Counted from the stretch's first letter, positions 18,231-27,171 are shown. The stretch is 36,770 nt of DNA from Armatimonadota bacterium (GCA_034722055.1 JAYENL010000106.1:1-36770), one strand, 5' to 3'. The notes: a model not told the origin generated them from the sequence alone. Made by a program: numbers and translations.

Positions 18231-19922
18231 GTGCTCGAGACCAGTCTCAGCAGACGGGCCGCGGTTACCGTGGCATTCGTCATCGCCGTGCTCGGGGTGA
18301 TGGCAGGAGCGCGGCTGCACTCGCTGAGGGCTCTGGAGCTGCTCGCGGTGGAGTGGCGGTTGCGGTTGGACCACCCGCGGCCTGATGTGGACGACTTCGT
18401 CCTCGTCGGGATCACCTCAGAGACGCTTGATGAGCTGCCGCTGTGGGGGCCGACCGCGCTGGAGCGCTCCAGGTACGTCCCCGTCATTCGGAATCTCGAC
18501 TCCTGGGGCGCCCGCACCATCGCTCTGGACGTCTTCTTCGCCGGCGAATCCGACGACCCCGACGCCGACCCGGACCTTGTGCGAGACACCCGGCAACTGG
18601 CCGAGGCCATCGCCGGCGCCGACAACGTGGTCATCGTGGCCGGGGCCAACCCCCAACTGCGCGACGGAGCGGAGAACGCCCGCTTCCAGTTCCCCGCTGC
18701 GCCCGTCGCCGCCGCCGCGTGCACCGTTGCCTCCCCCCTGCTGCCCAGGCCCGACAATACCATACGGCGCGTGGAGAGCATCCAGGAGGCCGCCGACGGC
18801 ACTGTCGCATGGCCGTCCCTGTCGCGGGCGCTGCTCCGCGACGCCGTGAAGCACGTCCCGTCCGAGTTCATCATCCACTGGGCCGGGCCCGCTGGGACCG
18901 TGAAGACGGTCCCCTTCGAGGACGTCGCGGCCGGAACCGCCGATCCCGGCGCCTTCAGAGGCCGCTTCGCCCTCATCGGCGTCACGGACGAGATCAAGGA
19001 CCTCTTCTCCACGCCGGTGGGCCCAATGAGCGGCGTAGAGATCCACGCGCAAGCGGCGGCCACCATACTCTCGGGCAAGTACGTGCGCGAGGCCGGCGCT
19101 ACCACCGGTCTGCTCATCGCCCTTCCCGCCTGCCTGCTCGTCAGCTTCGTGGGCCGAGGGGGCCGGCTCTGGTGGACGTGGGGCGTGACAGGCCTGGTGG
19201 GAGTAGGCTGGACGGTGGCGGCGGCGCTGGTCTTCGTTCGCTCCTGTGTGCTGCTGCCGGTCATCGGCCCTGGCTTCGCGATGGTAGCCTGCGGGGTGCT
19301 GGTCTCCGCGCTGCAGAGCGAGGCGGCGCTGAGCTCGCTGGGGCGCCTGTGGCCGAGCTGGGTCTCCGAGGAGGGAGAGCAGCTCGAGGTCACGGTCCTC
19401 GTCTGCGACATGGCCGGATACACGGAGCGCTCGGAGCGCTCCTCGGCGGCGGAGATGATGGAGATGATGCGCGAGTTCTTCGCCATCGTCGATGGCACGG
19501 TGGCGCCCCACGGCGGCATCTCGGCGCGGCGTCCCGGGGACGCCGCGGTGGTGTTCTTCCGCCCCGACGACGACCGGCCACACCACGCCCGACGGGCCCT
19601 CGCGGCAGCGCAAGAGCTGCGCCACAGGCTGGCGGAGCGCTGGCCGAGCGAGGACATCGGCTTCGGCCTCACGCTCACCACCGGCGAGGTGTCGCTGGGC
19701 TGGGTTGGTGAGCAGCCGCCCGAGCCGCAGATCCTCGGCGACCCCGTGAACGTGGCCTTCCGGCTGCAGAGCGAGTGTCGGGAGCGCGGCTGCCCCATCC
19801 TGGCCGACTGGGCGACCGCCACCGCCGACGAAGAGACGTCAGCGTCGATGCGCCCCCTGGGCCAGGTGCAGGTCCGCAACCGCCGCGAGCCGGTGCAGAT
19901 ATTCGCGCCGGCAGGGCAATGA
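18231..19922 (+). CDS. CHASE2-domain class III adenylate/guanylate cyclase-like membrane protein
   Basis: N-terminal TM, CHASE2 motifs (VLVGIT..TL, IALDVFF, DLFSTPVGPMSGVEIHA), three TM helices, and a cyclase domain VLVCDMAGYT..PGDAAVVFF..LGDPVNVAFRLQ. Confidence 0.85.
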   Translation: MLETSLSRRAAVTVAFVIAVLGVMAGARLHSLRALELLAVEWRLRLDHPRPDVDDFVLVGITSETLDELPLWGPTALERSRYVPVIRNLDSWGARTIALDVFFAGESDDPDADPDLVRDTRQLAEAIAGADNVVIVAGANPQLRDGAENARFQFPAAPVAAAACTVASPLLPRPDNTIRRVESIQEAADGTVAWPSLSRALLRDAVKHVPSEFIIHWAGPAGTVKTVPFEDVAAGTADPGAFRGRFALIGVTDEIKDLFSTPVGPMSGVEIHAQAAATILSGKYVREAGATTGLLIALPACLLVSFVGRGGRLWWTWGVTGLVGVGWTVAAALVFVRSCVLLPVIGPGFAMVACGVLVSALQSEAALSSLGRLWPSWVSEEGEQLEVTVLVCDMAGYTERSERSSAAEMMEMMREFFAIVDGTVAPHGGISARRPGDAAVVFFRPDDDRPHHARRALAAAQELRHRLAERWPSEDIGFGLTLTTGEVSLGWVGEQPPEPQILGDPVNVAFRLQSECRERGCPILADWATATADEETSASMRPLGQVQVRNRREPVQIFAPAGQ

Positions 19923-19961
19923 ACCGGAAGCTGCGCCGGCTCGCGTGGGCGCCAAACGAAC

Positions 19962-19991
19962 TTGACACCGGACTTGTGCGTCCGCTATAAT
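19962..19991 (+). promoter_or_regulatory. Consensus sigma70 promoter for tRNA-Leu (and possibly ferritin)
   Basis: TTGACA at 19962-19967, 18-bp spacer, TATAAT at 19986-19991. Confidence 0.85.
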
Positions 19992-20011
19992 CACAGCACA
20001 ACATGGCATGG

Positions 20012-20099
20012 GCCGAAGTGGTGGAACTGGTAGACACGCTGTCCTCAGGAGGCAGTGGGGTACTCCCCCGTGCCGGTTCGAATCCGGCCTTCGGCACCA
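20012..20099 (+). tRNA. tRNA-Leu(CAG)
   Basis: Acceptor stem GCCGAAG/CTTCGGC, D-loop GGAACTGGTAGAC, anticodon arm CTGTC-CTCAGGA-GGCAG, long variable arm, T-arm GGTTCGAATCC and encoded CCA. Confidence 0.96.
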
Positions 20100-20178
20100 G
20101 ATGACCTTCACGGCGGCGCCACGGCAGGTGTCGCCGTCTGTGTGTACACAGGGCGAAAGTACGATCGGAGGAGACGTG

Positions 20179-20700
20179 ATGATCGACGAAGGCATGGCTG
20201 GGGCCATCAACGACCAGATCAACGCTGAGCTGTACTCCGCGTACATCTACTACTCCATGGGCGCCTGGTTCGAGGAGCAGAACCTGCCGGGCATGGCCCA
20301 GTGGATGAAGGCGCAGACCCAGGAGGAGATGTTCCACGCCGACAAGTTCTTCAACTACCTCGCCGAGCGCGGCGGACGCGTTCTGATGCAGGCTATCGAC
20401 GAGCCGCCGACAGAGTGGGACTCGCCCCTGGCGGTCTTCGAGCACGCCTACGAGCACGAGCAGTACGTGACCAGCCGCATCAATGACCTGGTGGACCTGG
20501 CCGTCGAGCTCAAGGACCACGCCACGAACCAGTTCCTGCAGTGGTATGTGGAGGAGCAGGTGGAGGAGGAGGCCAGCGCCGACGAGATCGTCCAGCAGCT
20601 CAAGCGCATCGGCGACAGCGCCAACGCCCTCTATATGCTGGACAAGGAGCTGAGCGCGCGCACCTTCTCCCTGCCCGCCGAGGGCGAGGAAGAGGAGTAG
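20179..20700 (+). CDS. ftnA: Non-heme ferritin
   Basis: INDQINAELYSAYIY, QEEMFHADKFFNY, HEQYVTSRINDL and FLQWYVEEQVEEEA. RBS GGAGGAG. Start is GTG 20176 or ATG 20179. Confidence 0.95.
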   Translation: MIDEGMAGAINDQINAELYSAYIYYSMGAWFEEQNLPGMAQWMKAQTQEEMFHADKFFNYLAERGGRVLMQAIDEPPTEWDSPLAVFEHAYEHEQYVTSRINDLVDLAVELKDHATNQFLQWYVEEQVEEEASADEIVQQLKRIGDSANALYMLDKELSARTFSLPAEGEEEE

Positions 20701-20728
20701 GCCGCAGGCACAACCGGTTGCACCCACC

Positions 20729-20758
20729 ACGGGGCGCCCGACATCGGGCGCCCCGTTT
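20729..20758 (+). terminator. Hairpin between convergent genes (terminator or REP-like)
   Basis: ACGGGGCGCCCG-ACAT-CGGGCGCCCCGT followed by TT. Confidence 0.55.
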
Positions 20759-20910
20759 GCTATGGCGAGAGGTCCCACGAGCGAGCGTGCCGTGGCGCTT
20801 CCCGCTGCTGGAGGCCGTCAGCAGGGACATGAACGCCATCGAGGTCGGCGACGTCTGCTCCACTGCTGTCAGCGATGACCGAAGCCGCAGTCACGCATGT
20901 CTCCGCTCGG

Positions 20911-22869
20911 CTACTCCCCGAACGGCTGCCACTCGCCGATGTCATCGATGACGCGGATGCGGTCAGCGGCGCCGAGGGCCTCGTAGGCGTCCACCGTCCA
21001 CTGGTAGGCCTCGGGCATCTCGCCGACAAAGGTGATCGGTCGCGGGAAGACCAGTGCCAGATTCTGCGGAAGGTCGCCAATGCGCAGCACGCCCATGATC
21101 TCCGCAGTGTCGGGGTTCTGGTGCGAGGTGACCGGGTCCGCCAGCACGATCTCGCTGACCTCGCCATCGAGGATCGCGGCATAGATGGCGTGCGCCGCGA
21201 AGGCGCCCTCGCCGTAGACCGCGGTCTCCCCCACCGCCTCCCGGTCGCGGATGACGCGCAGCGCGGCCAGCAGGTCCAGCGTCTGGCGCTCGGGCACCGT
21301 GAATCCGCAGATGACCATGCCGCGGCGGACGGTCCATTGCAGGCCCTCACCGATGGCGGTGGAGCCGAGGCCGCGCGGCTCCACGATGCCGGTGGCGATC
21401 TCGGATGGGACGCCCGGCCGGCCGGTGCCGCCGTAGGGCGAACGTCCTCCGGGGAAGCAGGTGACAATCGCCGGCTGGGGGCGGTCGCCGAGCTTCTCCA
21501 GCCGCAGGTGCGCGCGGACCTCAAAGCCGTCGCCGGGGTCGATGTCGAAGCGATATGAGACCACGCCGCCGCCCCCGCCCTCGTCGCGCGTAAAGACCAC
21601 GCGCGGCCGGACCGGGTGGGGGATCTGCCGGAAGCTGACCGCGCGCAGGCGCTTGATGGCATCCTCCTGGTGGGCGGCCCATTGCTCCTCGCTGCGCACC
21701 TCCACGGGCTTCGCGGGCGGGATGAGGAGCTTCTCGATCTCCCCCATCCTGTCGTCCTCGGGCAGCTCGCCGCCGAAGACCAGCAGGTTCTCCTCCGGCT
21801 CCTCGAAGTCCGTGACGTCGTCGGTGACCGGAGAGGTATCGCCCTTCAGGTGGCGATTGAACCACTCGAAGATGGCCTTGCGCAGCATCGGCGTGTAACC
21901 GTGGAAGCTAAGGTCCTCGACGAGCCGGCAGTTCTCCGCCGCGCCCATGGCCTCGTAGACCCGCCGGATGCGATGCACCTGGCGCTTGTAGGCGTAGGGC
22001 CGCCAGAGCCCGTCATCGGCGCCGGCGGCCACCAGCAGCGGCCGGGGGGCGATCAGGGCGCCGATGTGTGCGGTATCCCAGCGGTAGTAGTTGACGAAGC
22101 ACGCGCAGTCACAGTGGCCGTCGAGGCATCGGTCGCAGATGAGCTGCTGCATGTCCCCGGTCTGGCAGACCGGGGAGACGCACTTGATGCGCGTGTCGGC
22201 GGCGGCAAGGTTCCAGGAGATCACGCCGCCGCCCGACAGGCCGGTCACGCCCATGCGATCGGCGTCCACGTCATCGCGCGAGGCCAGGTAGTCCAGCGCC
22301 CGCATGGCGTTCCAGACCTCGGTGCCGGAGGGCGTGTAGCCGCGGCTGATCCAGTCCCAGCGGCCCTCGCGGTAGGTCCCGTGGTGGATGCCCTGGCACT
22401 CGCCGAGCTGGATGGGGTCCACCACCAGCGCCACGTAGCCGTGAGAGCCGAACCAGCGAGGGTTCTGCTGGTAGGTGAGGTTGACCTTGCCCCTGGTGTG
22501 GCCGCACAGATACAGCACCGCCGGCAGGGGCTCGTTGATCTCGTGCGGCCGATAGAGGTTCGCGGCCACGTGCGCGCCGGGCACCGACTGGTAGTGGATC
22601 TTCTCGACCACGTAGTCATCGCGCTCCAGCGTGCCGGCGACCGTGGCCTCCAGGGGCGTCCGCTCCGGCAGCGGCCACAGCCCCAGGCACTCCAGCCACC
22701 TCGTGCGCCGCTCGTCCTCGCTCCACTCGAGCTGCTGCGCGCTGGGCGGGATGAGCATGGCCTGCGACGAGATGGCGGTCGCCTCATCGCACAGCCAGTC
22801 GTAGACGGAGCCTGTCGGCGCTCCCATCGCGGCGGCGCCTATGGCTGTCACGGGCAGAAGTGTCATCAT
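20911..22869 (-). CDS. Alpha/beta hydrolase (acetylxylan esterase/dienelactone hydrolase-like) with a second degenerate hydrolase domain
   Basis: PAVLYLCGH, RALDYLASRDDVDADRMGVTGLSGGG (nucleophile elbow) and ALIAPRPLLV. The C-terminal repeat ends ALVFPRPITF. Confidence 0.8.
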   Translation of the reverse strand: MMTLLPVTAIGAAAMGAPTGSVYDWLCDEATAISSQAMLIPPSAQQLEWSEDERRTRWLECLGLWPLPERTPLEATVAGTLERDDYVVEKIHYQSVPGAHVAANLYRPHEINEPLPAVLYLCGHTRGKVNLTYQQNPRWFGSHGYVALVVDPIQLGECQGIHHGTYREGRWDWISRGYTPSGTEVWNAMRALDYLASRDDVDADRMGVTGLSGGGVISWNLAAADTRIKCVSPVCQTGDMQQLICDRCLDGHCDCACFVNYYRWDTAHIGALIAPRPLLVAAGADDGLWRPYAYKRQVHRIRRVYEAMGAAENCRLVEDLSFHGYTPMLRKAIFEWFNRHLKGDTSPVTDDVTDFEEPEENLLVFGGELPEDDRMGEIEKLLIPPAKPVEVRSEEQWAAHQEDAIKRLRAVSFRQIPHPVRPRVVFTRDEGGGGGVVSYRFDIDPGDGFEVRAHLRLEKLGDRPQPAIVTCFPGGRSPYGGTGRPGVPSEIATGIVEPRGLGSTAIGEGLQWTVRRGMVICGFTVPERQTLDLLAALRVIRDREAVGETAVYGEGAFAAHAIYAAILDGEVSEIVLADPVTSHQNPDTAEIMGVLRIGDLPQNLALVFPRPITFVGEMPEAYQWTVDAYEALGAADRIRVIDDIGEWQPFGE

Positions 22870-23051
22870 CTCACTCACCTGTCCTGACTCGTCGATTGAA
22901 TGGATCGTGGGCGGCGTCTTTCGCTGCCAACACCTCTTGTCGGCCTTCGGCCCACATCGGGCGTGCCCACCCCCCAACTCCGTACGACATAGTGCTGGGC
23001 GATAGGAACCCGCGTAGTATCCTGCCTCACACTAACCGCTTGCTTCCGCCA

Positions 23052-23267
23052 TGGAGGGGCCGCCGCGAGCGGAGCGAGCGGTGTGACGTCGCGAGCGCAG
23101 CGAGTGACCTCACAGGTTCCACCCCGGCCCACTCGTTGAGTAGCGCAGGCGCCCCCGCCTGCGCGCGGTTTAGCCCCTGGGTAGAGCTGCGGGCCGGGGT
23201 GGAACCTTCGGCCTGTTCGCTACGCTTACAGGCCTCACCGGGCGCTGTGCGCCCGGCGGCCCCTCCA
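23052..23267. repeat. Inverted doublet of branched REP-like elements (copy 3: 23052-23130 +; copy 4: 23191-23267 -), REPIN/MITE-like
   Basis: Termini TGGAGGGGCCG ... CGGCCCCTCCA. Both halves carry GGTTCCACCCCGGCCC. Confidence 0.88.
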
Positions 23268-23390
23268 CCGGAATCCTCCTTCTCCTGATCAGAACCAAGC
23301 CCCGCCGACCTCCTCTGTCATCATTCTGCCATCACTCCTGAGAGCGAGACACTAGTCCGCGGGCGGGGTGACACCTTCGGTCTGCTCTCG

Positions 23391-24359
23391 TCAGGTCCCC
23401 GGTGGCGCAGGGGGCGCCGCGGCGGTCGCGAAGCTCCTCATGCTGCTGAACAGCCAGCCGCGCTGCCCCAGACGCCCGGTCTCCGGCAGCGCCTCACCGG
23501 CGCGCCGGGCTCCGACTCGCCAGTAAAACGTCTCGCCGGGCGCAAGCCGCGCCTGGATGGTGTGCGACATGACGCCGCCGCTGGCGCGCCGAATCTGCAT
23601 CTGATGCTCCGGATGCCGCAGGCCGGAGGGATCATCCTCCCGGAAGACCTGTAGCAGGTACTCATCAGCGCCCAGCGTGGCGTTCCACCTGAAGGTGATC
23701 GACGCCGTGGGCTGATTGCGGGCGCCGGGGGCCGGGGACTCGAGCACTGGCGGCGTGAAGTAGGTGACGCCGGCGGTCGGGAGGCTGCCCTCGCTCAGCG
23801 CGCCAGGGGGATCGACGTCGAGCACCGGCGTAACCGCCTGAGCCGGCGAGGCGCTCGTGGCGATCGGCGCGCCGCTGCCCGCCCGCTCCATCGGCTCCAC
23901 GACGCGCTGCACGCGGTGGTAGTAGATCCGCCCGCGCTGCAGCGCGTCATCAAAGAAGATGAACTGCATCGTGCCGGTCTCTTCCTCACCCGCCGCCGAG
24001 ATCCAGGTGAACTCCTCGTCGATATCGAACGGGCCGGACGCCCCCGGCGCATCATCCCACGTGCCCGCCGGCAGGTGCGACTCCAGCACCACATCCACCA
24101 GCCTCTGTGCGGTCAGGCTGAAGTATCGCTGGCCCTCGGCGCGGTAGAATAGCCAGGCGAAGATCTGCTCCTTGAGCGGGATCGATGGCTGCTCGAGATG
24201 GAGCCTGATGACGGCCTCATCGCCGGGCGCCTCCTGATACAAATGCGCCCATGTTCCCTGAACGCGCTGCGTCGTGGCGCCATCTCCGCCGCCACAGCCG
24301 GCCAGCAGAAGCAGGGAGAGCAGAGCTACGCTCACGACGATAGCTGCACAGGATCGCAT
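23391..24359 (-). CDS. Hypothetical lipoprotein with C-terminal fibronectin-III/Ig-like region
   Basis: Lipobox LLAGC after a hydrophobic signal. PVLESPAPG..TFRW..GADEYLLQV..FYWRVGAR pattern. RBS AGGAGG. Confidence 0.75.
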   Translation of the reverse strand: MRSCAAIVVSVALLSLLLLAGCGGGDGATTQRVQGTWAHLYQEAPGDEAVIRLHLEQPSIPLKEQIFAWLFYRAEGQRYFSLTAQRLVDVVLESHLPAGTWDDAPGASGPFDIDEEFTWISAAGEEETGTMQFIFFDDALQRGRIYYHRVQRVVEPMERAGSGAPIATSASPAQAVTPVLDVDPPGALSEGSLPTAGVTYFTPPVLESPAPGARNQPTASITFRWNATLGADEYLLQVFREDDPSGLRHPEHQMQIRRASGGVMSHTIQARLAPGETFYWRVGARRAGEALPETGRLGQRGWLFSSMRSFATAAAPPAPPGT

Positions 24360-24490
24360 GAGTCCGACCTCCTCGAGAGATGATTCCCCGCCGCACATAC
24401 GCATTGTAGTGGTGACTTGCGCAATCCCGCGTATGTTCACGACGAGCGCACTCAGCGCTTGGTTGGGTTGGAGATGAGCGGCGTACCTCG

Positions 24491-24709
24491 TGGAGGGGCC
24501 GAGCCGGGCGCTGCGCGCCCGGTGAGGCCGGTGAGCGCAGCGAACCGGCCGAAGGTTCCACCCCGGCCCAGGACGCATCTGTGCCGAGAGCGGAACGGCG
24601 TGGAGGCGAGGGCGCCCGCATTACTTAACGCGTGGGCCGGGGTGGAACCTGAGCGGTGCGTTAGGGAACGCACCGCTCACCGCTCGCTTCGCTCGCGGCG
24701 GCCCCTCCA
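24491..24709. repeat. Second inverted doublet of branched REP-like elements (copy 5: 24491-24569 +; copy 6: 24634-24709 -)
   Basis: Its reverse complement aligns with 23052-23267, including part of the spacer. Confidence 0.88.
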
Positions 24710-24830
24710 TGGTGGGCGCGAGCGTCCTATCGTAACGCAACAAGGTACGCGAACTTCTGCGAGTCAGCACTACCCTCCCTTCCGCGCTCTCCCGTTAAGT
24801 CTTGATGACTGCTCGGCTGCCCGGCGATCA

Positions 24831-25859
24831 TCACAGCTCCGCGGCGTCGAGGCCCGCCTCCTCCGGGTCGAAGACACCGTGCTGCTTGAAGGCCTCGTAG
24901 CCCCACTGCTGCCACAGCGGGTTGACGCCGATGGAGGCGTTGTCCCCGTAGTCCTTGGTGATCAGACCGCCCCCGCGCCCCATCTTCTCCACCATCTCGC
25001 GGGCCCTGGAGCGGATCAGCTCCTCATCGCCGGTGGGCAGCGTCACCTGGATGTCCACCGGCAGCCAGAAGGTGGTGCGGTCCGAGAGCTCTCCCAGCCT
25101 GTCCAGCCCGTGCAGCTCGGGCTGGTCGAACTGAAACAGGTCCATCCCCAGCTCCACCAGCGGCGGGACGATGTCGCAGACGTACCCGCAGGAGTGCATC
25201 CAGACGGTCATGCCGTAAAAGTGGCAGCGGTCGATGAGTCGCTCGAAGGTCCACTTGAACATCCGGTCCCACATGCCCGGCGCCACCAGCAGCCGCTTCT
25301 GCGTCCCCCAGTCCTCGCAGAAGAACACCCCGTCGCAGCCGATGTCGGCGTAGATGTCCACCTGGCCGATCACGATGTCGCTGACCATGCGGTTGAGGTC
25401 GTTGACGAACTCCGGATCCGCCGCGCAGGCCTCCAGGTAGCCGCCGAAGGTGGGCAGGTAGCGGGCGCGGTTGAAGCAGCATCCGGTCAGCGAGCCGAGC
25501 AGGTAGCGGTCGCGGTTGGCCTCCCGTACCTCGGGGCCGTGCTCGTAGCGCTCCGGGTTGTCAAGGTCCGGCGGCTCGTAGGTCTCCAGGTCCTCGCGGC
25601 AGGTGACGGCCGGCTCCACCACCTCCCCGCCCTTGGTCCAGTCGATCAACCGCCGCCAGGTGCAGCCCCACTCGTCCTCCCACAGCTCCCCACCGAGGCC
25701 GTCCTCGCGGCGGTTGGGGTCGAAGTCGGGGTTGGCGCGCGGGCCGATGCTGGCGATGTCACGCAGGCGCGTCCTCCCATCGAAGTTTGAGTATGAGAAG
25801 CCGATGCGCGGCGGACTGTCATGCTCCAGCACCCGCCGGATGATCTCTCGTGACGTCAT
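24831..25859 (-). CDS. Uroporphyrinogen decarboxylase (URO-D/MtaA-CmuA-like) family protein
   Basis: MTSREIIRRVLE, EDEWGCTW, FFCEDWGTQ, WMHSCG, DIQVTLPTG and GGGLI. Confidence 0.85.
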   Translation of the reverse strand: MTSREIIRRVLEHDSPPRIGFSYSNFDGRTRLRDIASIGPRANPDFDPNRREDGLGGELWEDEWGCTWRRLIDWTKGGEVVEPAVTCREDLETYEPPDLDNPERYEHGPEVREANRDRYLLGSLTGCCFNRARYLPTFGGYLEACAADPEFVNDLNRMVSDIVIGQVDIYADIGCDGVFFCEDWGTQKRLLVAPGMWDRMFKWTFERLIDRCHFYGMTVWMHSCGYVCDIVPPLVELGMDLFQFDQPELHGLDRLGELSDRTTFWLPVDIQVTLPTGDEELIRSRAREMVEKMGRGGGLITKDYGDNASIGVNPLWQQWGYEAFKQHGVFDPEEAGLDAAEL

Positions 25860-26163
25860 CGTCCACTCTCCTGGAGACTACGGGGCAGTCTCGTCCCGTA
25901 TCAGCACGTTCCCCAGTGATGAGGATTCCCCATATCGGACCACGCAACCTGCCCTCGCGTCGCTGGCATCACTCACAGGAGATCATGGCAGGGAAGATGG
26001 CAGTCGATACGGAAGAGACGCCAGGCTCCGCAAGCCGAGGGGGTACGCTGAAGCGCAACGAGCGACGGGCGAGGACGCGCGTGCCATGGAACGGAATGCT
26101 CATTGCCCCTGCCCTGGCTGATCGCGCGTCGCTTGCGGCAGGACGCCGCCAATGGAGGCTGTC

Positions 26164-27171
26164 ATGCACATCTCTGACCGAGCGCGCGAGCTGCATGAGC
26201 GCGCCATCATCGTCGATGCGCACAATGACACCCTGGTGCTGCGCCTCTCCCGGGGTGAGCACCTGAACGTCACCGAGCGCGACGAGCGCTATCACGTGGA
26301 CGTGCCGCGCGCGCTGGAGGGCGGCCTGACCTGCAGCTTCTTCATGCTGGGGTCGGGGGACCTCGATCAGGCCATGAAGCTGGTGGATGCAACCTGGCGG
26401 CTGGCCGACGAGCACCCCGAGCAGGTGATCTACGTCACCTCGACCGCCAACATCGAGCGCGCCAAGGACGGGGGCGCTCTGGCCGTCGTCGGCCAGCTTG
26501 AGAGCTGCACGTGCCTGAATGGGAGCCTCGCCACGCTGCGAAACCTCTATCGCCTGGGCGTCCGCGTGGCAAACCTCACTCACGGGGAGGGTGGGGAGGG
26601 CACCACACAGCAGAAGAGGAGCCTCTTTGACTACTGCGCGCCCGCGGACCGCGACGAGGCCCGCGAGCTGCCCGGCCTGACCGACTTCGGCCGCCGGGTC
26701 ATCGCGGAGTGCAACCGCCTGGGGATGGTCGTGGACCTGGCCCACGCGTCGGACGCGACCTTCTACGAGGCCATCGAACTGTGCGAGACGCCACCGATCT
26801 TCTCGCACGGCGCGGTCTTCTCGCAATGCCCGCACTGGCGGGGGCTGACCGATGACCAGATCCGCGCGCTGGCCGAGGCCAGGGGCGTGCTGGGCATGGC
26901 CTTCCACCCGCTCTTCATCGACCGTGACGCGCCCAGCATGGAGCGGCTCATGGACAGCATCGAGCACGTGGTGGAGCTGGTCGGCCCGGATCACATCGGC
27001 ATCGGCGCGGACTACGACGGCATGCCGGAGACCGCGATCCCCATCCCGCCGGCGGTCGAGCGGCTGCCGGAGTTCACCGAGGCCCTGGTGGAGCAGGGCT
27101 TCGACGACGAGACGATCCTCAAGGTCCTCGGCGGCAACTTCATGCGCGTGCTGCGCGAGGTGGTGGGGTAG
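26164..27171 (+). CDS. Membrane dipeptidase family (peptidase M19) protein
   Basis: VDAHNDT, NLTH, GLTDFGRRVIAECNRLGMVVDLAH, IFSHG, GIGADYDG and KVLGGNFMRV. Start is 26164 (after GGAGG) or 26152. Confidence 0.9.
   Translation: MHISDRARELHERAIIVDAHNDTLVLRLSRGEHLNVTERDERYHVDVPRALEGGLTCSFFMLGSGDLDQAMKLVDATWRLADEHPEQVIYVTSTANIERAKDGGALAVVGQLESCTCLNGSLATLRNLYRLGVRVANLTHGEGGEGTTQQKRSLFDYCAPADRDEARELPGLTDFGRRVIAECNRLGMVVDLAHASDATFYEAIELCETPPIFSHGAVFSQCPHWRGLTDDQIRALAEARGVLGMAFHPLFIDRDAPSMERLMDSIEHVVELVGPDHIGIGADYDGMPETAIPIPPAVERLPEFTEALVEQGFDDETILKVLGGNFMRVLREVVG

Noticed and set aside
20012..20099. tRNA as an integration site for a genomic island
   Set aside because: No integrase and no duplicated tRNA 3' end were seen in the window.
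20008..20178. N-terminal extension of the ferritin ORF
   Set aside because: It runs through the tRNA-Leu gene. The true start follows the GGAGGAG RBS at 20176/20179.
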